The notes: generated by a model from the letters alone, not told the origin. A stretch of DNA of 49,101 nucleotides from Candidatus Hadarchaeales archaeon (GCA_038851755.1 JAWCKR010000009.1:1-49101); one strand, 5' to 3'; shown: positions 39,129-48,061, numbered from the stretch's first letter. Translations and numbers: made by a program.

Positions 39129-40583
39129 ATGAAAGTTTTTTTGGTCAACCCGCCCTCCCTCTCCCTTCCCACGGCCCTTCGGATCTCCCCTCCTCTGGGT
39201 CTGGCTTACGTGGCTTCCTACCTGGAGGCGCACGGTCATGAGGTGGTGGTGCTAGATGCCACGCTCTCGGCGCGGAGGGGGAAAAGGGAGGAAGGAGGGT
39301 TGGTGAGGGTAGGTATGACCCCAGGGGAAATCCGGAGGAAGGTAGAAGCTTGGGGGGCAGAGGTAGTGGGGGTGAGCTGTGTTTCCTCGACTTTGAGGGG
39401 GGAAGTCGCAACCCTCGTGAGGGAAGTCCGGAAGACGGGGGCAAAGGTGGTGGTGGGAGGGGTACACGCTTCGCTGAGGCCGGAGGAGGTGGTTACAGAC
39501 GGGGCGGATTTCGCGGTGGTGGGGGAGGGCGAGGAGACCATGCTGGAGCTGGTGGAGACCTTGGAGAGGGAGGGGTCTCCCCGCCGGGTGAAGGGGGTGG
39601 TGTGGAAAAAGGGGGGAAAGGTGGTGAGGAATCCCCCGCGCCCCCCCCTCCGGGAGCTGGACTCCCTCCCTTTCCCCGCCTGGCACCTCTTTCCCATGGA
39701 GGAGTACTTCAGGGTGAAGGGGCACGCGGCGGCCGTCAGGGGGAGGGTGGCGCCCGTGCTCACCAGCAGGGGTTGTGTCAACCACTGTATTTTCTGTTCC
39801 GTTCCGCTCGTTTGGGGGTGCTGGAGGGCCCGCTCTCCGGCGAACGTGGTGGAAGAAATCGAGTGGCTGGTGGAGAGATGGGGGGTAGAAGAGGTTCACT
39901 TCGAGGACGACAACCTTTCCCTAGACCAGGAGAGGATGAGGGGAATCTGCAGGGAGATGGTGAGGAGGAAGGTGGAGGTGGACTGGGCCACCCCAAACGG
40001 GATAGATGTGAGGACTCTGACCACGGACCTCCTGGAGGAGATGAGGAGGTCCGGGTGCTACTGCCTCAGCTTCGGACTGGAGCATGGGGATCCCCTCTTC
40101 AGGGAGAGGATGGGGAAGCTCCTCCAGCCCTCCCACGTGAGGAGGATAGTGAAGAAGGCGAAGGAGCTGGGGATCTGGACCCACGCCTTCTTCATGGTGG
40201 GCTGGCCCTGGGAAACGAAGGAGAGCCTGGAGAGGACCCTGAGGTTCGCGGAAGAGGTGGGAGTGGACTTCGCCACCTTCTTCGCCGTGGTCCCCTTTCC
40301 AGGAACCCCCCTTGAGAGAGTGTGGGAGAAGCGGGGATTAGACAAGCCCGACCTATCTTTCCATCCCCAGTTCCAACCCCAGGTGGATTTAGAGACGCTG
40401 AGGGCGGAGGAGCTGGGAAGATGGCTGGAGAAGGCGAGCTTGAGGTTCCAAACACGCGTGTTTTTCCGCTGGCTTCGCTCTCCGAGCGAGCTATTGGCGA
40501 GGCTCAGATCGGCGGAGGATGTGCAGTTCTTCTTTCGCCTGGTCCGGCACTTTGCCGGAGAAGTGGTGAGGAGGTACGGATGA
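39129..40583 (+). CDS. Cobalamin-dependent radical SAM enzyme (class B methyltransferase/HpnJ-BchE-like)
   Basis: PPLGLAYVASYL, VVVGGVHAS, GEGEET, TSRGCVNHCIFC, FEDDNL and PFPGTPL. Confidence 0.9.
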   Translation: MKVFLVNPPSLSLPTALRISPPLGLAYVASYLEAHGHEVVVLDATLSARRGKREEGGLVRVGMTPGEIRRKVEAWGAEVVGVSCVSSTLRGEVATLVREVRKTGAKVVVGGVHASLRPEEVVTDGADFAVVGEGEETMLELVETLEREGSPRRVKGVVWKKGGKVVRNPPRPPLRELDSLPFPAWHLFPMEEYFRVKGHAAAVRGRVAPVLTSRGCVNHCIFCSVPLVWGCWRARSPANVVEEIEWLVERWGVEEVHFEDDNLSLDQERMRGICREMVRRKVEVDWATPNGIDVRTLTTDLLEEMRRSGCYCLSFGLEHGDPLFRERMGKLLQPSHVRRIVKKAKELGIWTHAFFMVGWPWETKESLERTLRFAEEVGVDFATFFAVVPFPGTPLERVWEKRGLDKPDLSFHPQFQPQVDLETLRAEELGRWLEKASLRFQTRVFFRWLRSPSELLARLRSAEDVQFFFRLVRHFAGEVVRRYG

Positions 40584-41323
40584 GATCCCCATTCCGCGCC
40601 CTCCTCATGGTGCTGCGGTGCTGGTGGTACGGGGTCAAGGACCCCAAGCGGATAAGGGGGGACGAGTTCTCCACGGGCTTCATGCTGGCAGTAGTGTTTT
40701 ACTTGGGTTTCCTGTACAACACCTTCCACTACTTCCTCTACCGCGGCTACATCATAGAGGAGTTCCACGCCGGCTGGAAGTTCTGGCTGCACTCCCTCTA
40801 CGGGGGAACCTCGGCCCTTTCTTCTTTCCTGATGGCATGTGTGGGGGGCTACTTGGGCCTCAGGCTCCTCAGGAAGAGGATAAGCTACCGGAGGTGGGAA
40901 GGATTACTTTTCTCTCTGACCTTCCTAGCTGTTCTGCCCCTCCTCTTCGGGGTCATTTTTCTGCTTGTAGGCTTAACCGGACCTCTAGGGGGAGTGGTCT
41001 TCTGGTCCCTTCCCCTCTTTCCCAAACGAGTGGCCAGTTGCGTGGTGATCACGCTGTTAATAGGGATTTTCCTCTTCCTCAGGCTCTTCAGGTCCCTCGG
41101 CCTGGGCTGGAGGGGGTTGGCGGTGATGACGCTGGCAGTCCCAAGCTTCTATCTTTTGCTGGAGGGGACCTTCCGCACGGTGGAGAGCACGGCCATTTCC
41201 CTGGGGATGGTGAGCATGGAGGCCCAGTACCTGGCGGGCGTACTGTGGAGCCTTTTGGAAGGTGCTTTAGCTTGGGCAGTGAGGAAGAAGTTAAAGGGTC
41301 CGATGCGGGATTTCCGCGGCTAG
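40580..41323 (+). CDS. Multi-pass membrane protein, His-motif family copy 2
   Basis: GFLYNTFHYFLY...EEFHAG..FWLHSLYGG...KRISY; ATGA overlap with the radical SAM gene. Confidence 0.75.
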   Translation: MRSPFRALLMVLRCWWYGVKDPKRIRGDEFSTGFMLAVVFYLGFLYNTFHYFLYRGYIIEEFHAGWKFWLHSLYGGTSALSSFLMACVGGYLGLRLLRKRISYRRWEGLLFSLTFLAVLPLLFGVIFLLVGLTGPLGGVVFWSLPLFPKRVASCVVITLLIGIFLFLRLFRSLGLGWRGLAVMTLAVPSFYLLLEGTFRTVESTAISLGMVSMEAQYLAGVLWSLLEGALAWAVRKKLKGPMRDFRG

Positions 41324-43173
41324 CACAGCTTGTTCATCCACATGGCGGCAAAGGCCGTCAGCTCGGTCTTCCTACCCCAGAAGGCGTCGTCTCCCACTAG
41401 GTACATGTCGACGAGCTGGGGCTGGGCGTCGATGTTCAGCCCGCATCCCACCACCAGGAAGTCCAAGTTGAGCAGGCAGCTCACATCGTAGGTGGCCCTT
41501 ATGTAATCCCCTCCCGGGTCGAGGTAGAGGGGTTTGCTCCTGCTCCACACGACGTTGGGGGAGGAGATGGGATCCCCCGCGTACCCCGCCCTGCCCCCTT
41601 CTCCGGTGTAGGGGACGCTCAGTCCCGTGTACCTGCGGAAGTACTCGATGATGGGATGGTTGTTCTCCTTCAGGTCGTAGGTCAGGCCCCAGTTCTCGAA
41701 CCTCTCCGTCAGCTGGTGCTCGTCCACCCACCAGTACTGCCCCTCGCACTTGGTGGGGTAGGGGAGGCGGGGCCAGCCGTGGTTCCAGACGATGTGCTCC
41801 CACATGTTTACGGCTTGGTAGGTAACGGGCTGGAGGTTTTTGCTCCAGAACTGTGCATCAATCGATAGCTGGGAGAAACCGTTTCCCCTGTCGGCCCCTT
41901 GGTTGAAGTACCGGGAGACCCAGAAGGCAGTGTCCCCTGAGTCCTCCCCTTCGTGATCGTAGTTCTCGAACCACATGTACATTCTGGGAACAATGTTCTC
42001 CACCCGGGTGGTTCCAAGGTTGTAAATGCGTACCGCCAGGTGGAAGCCCCCGCCCATGCTGATCTCCAGTCTCTCCACCCAGGGGGTCAGGAAGGGTATG
42101 TACAGGTCCCTGCTAAGGTCCTGAACGAAACCACCTGGGATGGCCGTGAGGATGCTCATCCTGGCAATCTTCTCCGCGTTGGAGTTCCCCCTCTCGTTGT
42201 CCAGACAGTACTTGCTGGCGGCCCTCAGGTTCTCCACCATGCTTACGTTCTCCATGATGGCGCGGGCGTGTGCTGCGGCCGTGTTTATCTGACTTTCGGT
42301 CACGGCTTGGAGGAGGGAAGGATCGTCCACGTGCAGGTCCTGGTATATGATGGTTTCTATGAGTTCCAGGGCGTTGATGAGGTGGGGCAAGCACCCCTCG
42401 TAGATGATGATAAGGGTCTTGCACAGGTTCTCCGGGACCAGGTCTGGCATGTACCGGTGCAGCTCCCACAGGTTGTTGTCCAGGTACTTGCTGCGGGCCA
42501 GGTAGTTGTCGTGCAGGTCCCTGGCTATGGCTTGGAGCTCGTAGGCCAGCCTGCGGGCTTCAGAGAACCTCTTGTCCTTCATGGCCTGCACCGTGTCCGC
42601 CTGCCTCCCCAGCATCCTGGCGGCCCTGAGCTGGACGGCTGTGTCCACGTAGGCCCTCCCCGGGGTGGGCTCCGGAACGGTGGCCTCCGCTATCTTGTAC
42701 CCTATGGGGGTGTAGATCAGCTCCACCTTGTCCCCCACCTTCAGGTTCTCCCCCTTGAAGGAGAGGGCCAGAGCCTCCCCCGGGCCCGGGAGGTCGTTCA
42801 TCCCCCGCTTGACCGGTCCTGTGATCAAAGCGAGGTCGATCTCGTTCTCCATCCTTACCCCGTTCACCCTCAGCTCTATGTTCTGCCATCTGAGGTTCTC
42901 CAGCAAGGTACCCAGAGGCGTCTCTTCCAGGATGTCCGCCCTGTAGGCCTTGCTTATTCCCTCTCCGCTGGCGTGGACGATGGCCACCCCCCCGTACCCC
43001 GGGTAGTTGGTCCAGAGCTGCACCACCGTCTGGGGCGGGATGGAGGGTGCCCCCAGCCTTCCCAGGCCCTCCACCAGGAGCCCACCCGCCAGCAGGGTGG
43101 TCACGATGAGGAGGACGGTGGCTATGAGGGGGGAGACACTTCTGCGACCTAAAGGCTCATGCGTGCGGGGCAT
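41320..43173 (-). CDS. Large type IV pilin-like protein (617 aa) with an unknown C-terminal cargo
   Basis: RRS|VSPLIATVLLIV signal, WQNIELRVNG...LKVGDKVELIYTP pilin domain, then about 450 aa of helical and aromatic beta region. Confidence 0.8.
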   Translation of the reverse strand: MPRTHEPLGRRSVSPLIATVLLIVTTLLAGGLLVEGLGRLGAPSIPPQTVVQLWTNYPGYGGVAIVHASGEGISKAYRADILEETPLGTLLENLRWQNIELRVNGVRMENEIDLALITGPVKRGMNDLPGPGEALALSFKGENLKVGDKVELIYTPIGYKIAEATVPEPTPGRAYVDTAVQLRAARMLGRQADTVQAMKDKRFSEARRLAYELQAIARDLHDNYLARSKYLDNNLWELHRYMPDLVPENLCKTLIIIYEGCLPHLINALELIETIIYQDLHVDDPSLLQAVTESQINTAAAHARAIMENVSMVENLRAASKYCLDNERGNSNAEKIARMSILTAIPGGFVQDLSRDLYIPFLTPWVERLEISMGGGFHLAVRIYNLGTTRVENIVPRMYMWFENYDHEGEDSGDTAFWVSRYFNQGADRGNGFSQLSIDAQFWSKNLQPVTYQAVNMWEHIVWNHGWPRLPYPTKCEGQYWWVDEHQLTERFENWGLTYDLKENNHPIIEYFRRYTGLSVPYTGEGGRAGYAGDPISSPNVVWSRSKPLYLDPGGDYIRATYDVSCLLNLDFLVVGCGLNIDAQPQLVDMYLVGDDAFWGRKTELTAFAAMWMNKLC

Positions 43174-43176
43174 GCC

Positions 43177-45072
43177 TCAGCACCCTCCTCCTCCCCCGCT
43201 CCCTCCAGGCGGGGGCCTCCCCGGGCTCCAGTGGATGTTCCAGAAGTACTGCCACTCCCACCGTCCGGTCTTGGGGTGCTGGTAGAAGAAGTAGTAGTCC
43301 TCCAACCATATTTTATTGTCCGCTGCCGTGGGAGGAGTAATCCTTATGTTATCCACCCAGTAGCTCCCAGGAGCGAGGTTCTGCTTGTCTGAGGTCCTGT
43401 GCTCAGGCCTGTTCTCCAGCCTGTCGTAGAGCACCACACTTCCGTTGTCGGGATAGTACGGTACCTGCAGGCCGAAGAAGACGAGCTCCGGGCTCAGGTT
43501 CTCCAAATAGGTTTTTCCCTGCAGGCCAGGCCTGCTCTTCCACCAGTTGTCCAGCCTCAGCCTGTAGGTGTAGCGGTAAGTGTCGTGGTAGCCGTTGTCG
43601 TAGACCCTCGTGCCCCAGGTGCCCACAAGCTTGTTCTCCATGGGTACCAGCCAGTTCTCGGGAGCCACGTAGAGCATGTTTTCTGAGGTGCCAGTGTATC
43701 CCAGCTCCTTGGCCCTCCTGAAGTACTTGGAGACCCACCACTTGTTGTCCGTGCTGTACCAGAGGGTGGCGTACCTAGTGAAGCTGTTGGCGTTCTCGCC
43801 CCCCACGTTGTATACGTGGATTACGAACTCGAAGGTCGTGTTGTTCACCCAAGTGTAGCTCTTCAGAACCGGAACGATGGCAGGACGGTAAAAGTCCTCG
43901 TAGATATCATCCATTTCTGGCGAGACCCCGAAGTAGGTTAAGGCTTCCACAGGCACTCCCGGGTAGGGCGGCTGGCTCAGCAGGTTCTCTATCTTCCCTA
44001 TCAAAGGGAGCAGCTGCTTCTGAGTGATGTTCTCAGCCACGTTTTCGACAGTTCCTTTCCTGAAACCCGTGCTTTGCCAGGTGCTCACGTAGGAAGGGTC
44101 CCAGGCCCTGATGATGGGGTTTTCCATGGTGTAAATGATCTCCAGTCCGTTCACGGTCAGGTAGAGGAGCCTGTTTTCGGTGGGTACCCCCTTTCTTGCC
44201 TGGTCCCAGCTCTTGTAGGCCATGCAGAGCTTGTAGTAGTCCTGCTCGTTCACCATGTCCAGGTAGTAGTCCAGCTCCTTCAGGTCGTTCTCCAGATATC
44301 CTCCCGTGCTCTTGCAGGAGTTAAGGAGGAGCTGGATCTGCCCCGCCAGATTCTCGATGCTGGGGATGTAGCTCCTGGCCTTATCGAAGTTCTCCTTATA
44401 CCAACGGTAGTTCTCGTTGTACCTGACCTCCACCGTGGGAGAGAGGGCGCTCACCATCTCCCTCTCCAGCGTGCGGAGCTGAAGCGCCCTGAGGGAGATG
44501 CAGGAGTCCACCCGGTTCTGCCCCAGCCAGGCGCTTCCTATCTCCGTGCACTCCAGGGGAGGGGCCATGGTGGCGTTGGCCAGAATCCACCTGCTGGGCT
44601 GGTGTACCACCGCCACCTCGTCCCCCGTCTTCAGGAAACCCTGGCGGTAGGAAAAGACGACCAGCCCACCTCCCGAAGGGAGGGAGAGCAGGGAGTTCTT
44701 TACCTTGGCGCTCGAGGGGAGGGGTGAGGCGTACAGCACGTACTCAAGTTCGTTCTCCACCCCTTGCCCGTTCACCCTCACCTCCAGGTTCTTCCACCTC
44801 ACGTTCTCGAACAGGCTCCCCATGTCCGTGTCCATCAGGAAGTCGGCGTAGAAGGCCTCCCTTACCGCATCCCCCGTGACGTTGACCACCCCCACCGCCC
44901 CCCTCCCGGGGAAGTTCCTCCAGATCTGGAGGAGGACGTTCGGTGTCTCCTTCAGGTTGGGCCCTCCCACCCTCCCAGCGATGATGGAAACCCCTACCCC
45001 GAGCACGAAGACCATGGATACGAGCAGGATGGTCCCCAGGAGGGGTGAGACTCCCTGCTTTTTCCTCCCCAT
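43177..45072 (-). CDS. Large type IV pilin-like protein (about 631 aa), paralogue of 41320..43173
   Basis: KKQG|VSPLLGTILLV signal, WKNLEVRVNG...LKTGDEV, several NxS/T sequons and cargo motifs shared with its neighbour. Confidence 0.8.
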   Translation of the reverse strand: MGRKKQGVSPLLGTILLVSMVFVLGVGVSIIAGRVGGPNLKETPNVLLQIWRNFPGRGAVGVVNVTGDAVREAFYADFLMDTDMGSLFENVRWKNLEVRVNGQGVENELEYVLYASPLPSSAKVKNSLLSLPSGGGLVVFSYRQGFLKTGDEVAVVHQPSRWILANATMAPPLECTEIGSAWLGQNRVDSCISLRALQLRTLEREMVSALSPTVEVRYNENYRWYKENFDKARSYIPSIENLAGQIQLLLNSCKSTGGYLENDLKELDYYLDMVNEQDYYKLCMAYKSWDQARKGVPTENRLLYLTVNGLEIIYTMENPIIRAWDPSYVSTWQSTGFRKGTVENVAENITQKQLLPLIGKIENLLSQPPYPGVPVEALTYFGVSPEMDDIYEDFYRPAIVPVLKSYTWVNNTTFEFVIHVYNVGGENANSFTRYATLWYSTDNKWWVSKYFRRAKELGYTGTSENMLYVAPENWLVPMENKLVGTWGTRVYDNGYHDTYRYTYRLRLDNWWKSRPGLQGKTYLENLSPELVFFGLQVPYYPDNGSVVLYDRLENRPEHRTSDKQNLAPGSYWVDNIRITPPTAADNKIWLEDYYFFYQHPKTGRWEWQYFWNIHWSPGRPPPGGSGGGGGC

Positions 45073-45112
45073 CAATTATAGCTCTCCCTTCCTTTACTTA
45101 ATCCCCTTTGGG

Positions 45113-45898
45113 TCAGAAGAGGAGGCCCACCGCTGCGTAGAGGGCCAGCTCCTCCGCGAAGACCTCCGGTCGCCAGGCCTCTTTCCTGAGCTTCAGGAAG
45201 TCCGTTCGTTCTTCCATCCTCCTCACGGAGAGGAGCCTCACGCAGGAGGAGAAGACACCTATCAGGAAGAAGGGGTCTGCCAGGGAGAGGAGGGAGGAGA
45301 GGAGGAGGTGGGGGAGGGGCAGGATTCCGAGCCATTTGGCCTCTTTCACCTTCCCCACCTCCAGCAGGTGAAGAATCTCCAGGTGGAGCTGGAGGAGGAA
45401 GAGGAGGGGAAGGAGGAGGAGCACCCTTTGAGAGGGAGAGGGTGAGAGGGCGAGGTGGGCTTGGAGTACCAGAAGGGGGGAACAGAGGGGTGGTATCAGG
45501 AAGCCCCACTTCTCTTCCTTGAGCCTGAGGGGAGGAGCGGAGTAGGAGAGGGTGAGAAGGAGAAGGAGCATCAGGAGGAGGAGGGTGGGGAGGGTGGTGA
45601 GCAGGGAAAGGGGAAGGAGGAGAAGGGGGGAAAGGGCCAGCGCCAGGGTTTTCACTTCCCCCATCCTTTTCACCACTCTGGAGGAGAAGTTCTCCTCACC
45701 CCTCAGCTTGAAGTCGAAGTAGTCGTTGAGGGCGTAGGCGGACATGGAGCCCCCAAGCACGGCCAGGGTGTCGGCAACCATTTCCAGGGGTTTGAGGGTG
45801 GAGAGGGAGAAGCCCACCAAAGGGTAAACCATGAACCTCAGGCAGCTGAGCTTGCTCCTCCACCCCTTCACCCTGTAGAAGAGGAGGAGCCTCTTCAT
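45113..45898 (-). CDS. UbiA-superfamily prenyltransferase, divergent subfamily copy 3
   Basis: FYRVKGW, YALNDYFDFKLRGEENF and SYSAPPLRLK; start re-called at MKRLLL (ATGA overlap). Confidence 0.8.
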   Translation of the reverse strand: MKRLLLFYRVKGWRSKLSCLRFMVYPLVGFSLSTLKPLEMVADTLAVLGGSMSAYALNDYFDFKLRGEENFSSRVVKRMGEVKTLALALSPLLLLPLSLLTTLPTLLLLMLLLLLTLSYSAPPLRLKEEKWGFLIPPLCSPLLVLQAHLALSPSPSQRVLLLLPLLFLLQLHLEILHLLEVGKVKEAKWLGILPLPHLLLSSLLSLADPFFLIGVFSSCVRLLSVRRMEERTDFLKLRKEAWRPEVFAEELALYAAVGLLF

Positions 45899-46632
45899 TC
45901 TCCCCACACCTTCCTGAGCACGGGCAGGACCTTTCCCCTCCTCCTTCCTGCTGCCCAGAAGAGGAAGGAGGTCAGGGAGAAGTACACCGTCCAGAGAGCG
46001 TATCTGAGGGGCCTGGAGGTGTGAAAGGCCCTGCGGGTAAGGAACAGGAAGGCACCCTTCCCCCCGAAGTAGAGGAGGGGGAGAAGGAGGAGGGAGAGGA
46101 GGAGGGAGGAGGGTCGCCCGAAGCCGAAGGACCTGAGGATGTTGAAGGCCATCACCGTCCCTAGGATTCCGGCGAGCAGCACCCCCGCTGGCATCCCTAC
46201 CCAACCCTGGTAGAACTCCAGGTAGATCCAGCTCTTCAGGCCCAGAGCGTAAAGGAGGAAGGCTGGGAGGAGGGGAAGGAGGTAAAGGAACATGCATGAG
46301 AAGACCACGTGCTGGACCCGATCGTAAGAGACCCTCTTCCCCAGGAGGTTCGCGCCGTAGTACCCCAGCACGCTGGCGTAGTAGAAGAGGGCCACCGCCC
46401 CCATCCCTCCCGAGAGGTGGTGGAGCCAGAACTGGAGGTCGGGTTCATAGACTATCGTGCCGTCGTGATAGGCACAGCCGGGGTAGATGAAGTAGTGGAG
46501 GGCGTTGTAGGCGAAGCCGAAGAAGAAGGAAAAGAGCACCATGAAGCCCTCCGTGAACTCTCCCCCCCTAATCCACTCGGGGTGGAGGAGGGCCCTTCCC
46601 CAGGAGCGCAGGACGGTTCGCAGGACGCTCAC
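45895..46632 (-). CDS. Multi-pass membrane protein, His-motif family copy 3
   Basis: GFAYNALHYFIYP...FWLHHLSGG...GKRVSY; GTGA overlap with the upstream UbiA gene. Confidence 0.75.
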   Translation of the reverse strand: MSVLRTVLRSWGRALLHPEWIRGGEFTEGFMVLFSFFFGFAYNALHYFIYPGCAYHDGTIVYEPDLQFWLHHLSGGMGAVALFYYASVLGYYGANLLGKRVSYDRVQHVVFSCMFLYLLPLLPAFLLYALGLKSWIYLEFYQGWVGMPAGVLLAGILGTVMAFNILRSFGFGRPSSLLLSLLLLPLLYFGGKGAFLFLTRRAFHTSRPLRYALWTVYFSLTSFLFWAAGRRRGKVLPVLRKVWGE

Positions 46633-47462
46633 AGGTAAACCCACCATCCCGCGAAGAGGAGCTGGGAGGCCAGGGCCCAGAGCCTCACCAGCCAGAAGGG
46701 GTCCCTGCGCAGCAGCCCTTCGGAGAAGAAGAGGGTGGGGAGGAGGAGGGTGGCGGTGCAGACCAGGTAGCTCAGGAACCACTCCGGTCCCCTGGGGTTG
46801 AGGAGGAGGAAGAACAGCAGGGTGAAGAAGAGCCCGGAGGAGGAGAAGACCAGAGTGTTTCTCACCCCTAGCCTGGCTGGGAGAGTGGGCTTTCCGCCCT
46901 TCCTGTCACCCCCCCTGTCCTTCAGGTCCTTCAGGGGGGAGAGGAAGAGGGAGAGGAAGGTGAAAAGGAGGGCCACCTCCACCGCCTCTTCGGTCAGGGG
47001 GGAGAGGGAGAGGTGACCAGCGAGGAAGGGGAGGAACACGTATCCCAGCGAGGAGGTGGGATAGGAGGTGTACCATCTTCCCAGCGGGAGAGGGGGGAGG
47101 GAGTAGAGCAGGCCGAGCAGGACTCCCAGCAGGCTCAGGAGGAGGACGGGAGGACCCAGGAGGAGGGAGAGGGCGGAGAGGGAGAAGAGGAGGGAGGAGA
47201 GGAGGAGGAGCCTTCCACCCCCCACCTTCCCGCGGGGGAAGGGCCTCTCGGGATGGCTCACCCTGTCCAGCTCCAAGTCGGAGTACATGTTGAGCGTTTG
47301 CGCCCCCCCCGAGATCCCCATCCCCACCAAGCAAAGGAGGAGGAACTCAGGGAGGGGTACGGCCAGGCTACTCCCTCCCAGGACCATGCCCAAGTAGAGG
47401 GAGCCCAGCACCACCAAGGAGCTAGCCGGCTTCACGCATCCGAGGTAATCCCGCGCAGGCAC
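46629..47462 (-). CDS. UbiA-family prenyltransferase, canonical type (DGGGP-synthase-like)
   Basis: First motif LNMYSDLELDRVSHPERP, YSLPP, and second motif KDLKDRGGDRKGGKPTLP. Confidence 0.85.
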   Translation of the reverse strand: MPARDYLGCVKPASSLVVLGSLYLGMVLGGSSLAVPLPEFLLLCLVGMGISGGAQTLNMYSDLELDRVSHPERPFPRGKVGGGRLLLLSSLLFSLSALSLLLGPPVLLLSLLGVLLGLLYSLPPLPLGRWYTSYPTSSLGYVFLPFLAGHLSLSPLTEEAVEVALLFTFLSLFLSPLKDLKDRGGDRKGGKPTLPARLGVRNTLVFSSSGLFFTLLFFLLLNPRGPEWFLSYLVCTATLLLPTLFFSEGLLRRDPFWLVRLWALASQLLFAGWWVYL

Positions 47463-47554
47463 ATCTTCCTGAGGGTTGCGAGCATTTAGAGAATGAGCAT
47501 TGCCGTCTAATCCCCGGTTTTAGCTTTTATCTTCCCCGGGAAAGAGGGTATTGG

Positions 47555-48061
47555 ATGTCTCCGGAGCGGGGAGTCTCCCCCCTCGTGGCCACTATCTTGC
47601 TCCTCACCCTAGCCATAGCCTTCGGCATCACCATCCTGGCGGGGTACTTGGCTGCGCTGGCCCCCGGATCCCCTCCGAAGAGGGTCTCCCTCTCCCTCCT
47701 CTACGAGAACTCCCCTCCTAGGCTCACCCTCAGGCACCAGTGGGGGGATTACCTCTTCGGAGCCTTCCAGATGAGGGAGGGGAGCAAAATCGACGACAGG
47801 ACGGCCAGGGGGAAGCTGGAGAACTGGAAGGCGCTGGAGGTGAGGGTGGACGGGGCGAGGCTGGGCACGGACAGGGTGGAGAACGTGGTGCTGGTGCAGG
47901 AGAACCTCTACTATCAGCCCCTGGCACCCATCGTGGTCAACCTCGGTCCGGGGGACGAGGTTAGGCTGGAGGACTGGAAGGTCCCGCTCAGGTCGGGGGA
48001 GGTGGTGACGGTGGTGTACCTCCCCACTGGGCAGACACTGGCGGAGATGATGGTGGTATGA
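47555..48061 (+). CDS. Archaeal type IV pilin
   Basis: ERG|VSPLVATILLL, HQWGD, WKALEVRVDG and VVYLPTGQTL; TTTTAT about 25 nt upstream. Confidence 0.85.
   Translation: MSPERGVSPLVATILLLTLAIAFGITILAGYLAALAPGSPPKRVSLSLLYENSPPRLTLRHQWGDYLFGAFQMREGSKIDDRTARGKLENWKALEVRVDGARLGTDRVENVVLVQENLYYQPLAPIVVNLGPGDEVRLEDWKVPLRSGEVVTVVYLPTGQTLAEMMVV

Noticed and set aside
25778-47462. Long N-terminal extensions in the ORF track (MinD 26722, KaiC-like 26427, pilin 29246, UbiA 35623 and 46297, membrane proteins 40322 and 46782)
   Set aside because: They overlap neighbouring genes or promoters. Paralogue alignment, ATGA/GTGA coupling and TATA spacing support the shorter starts used here.
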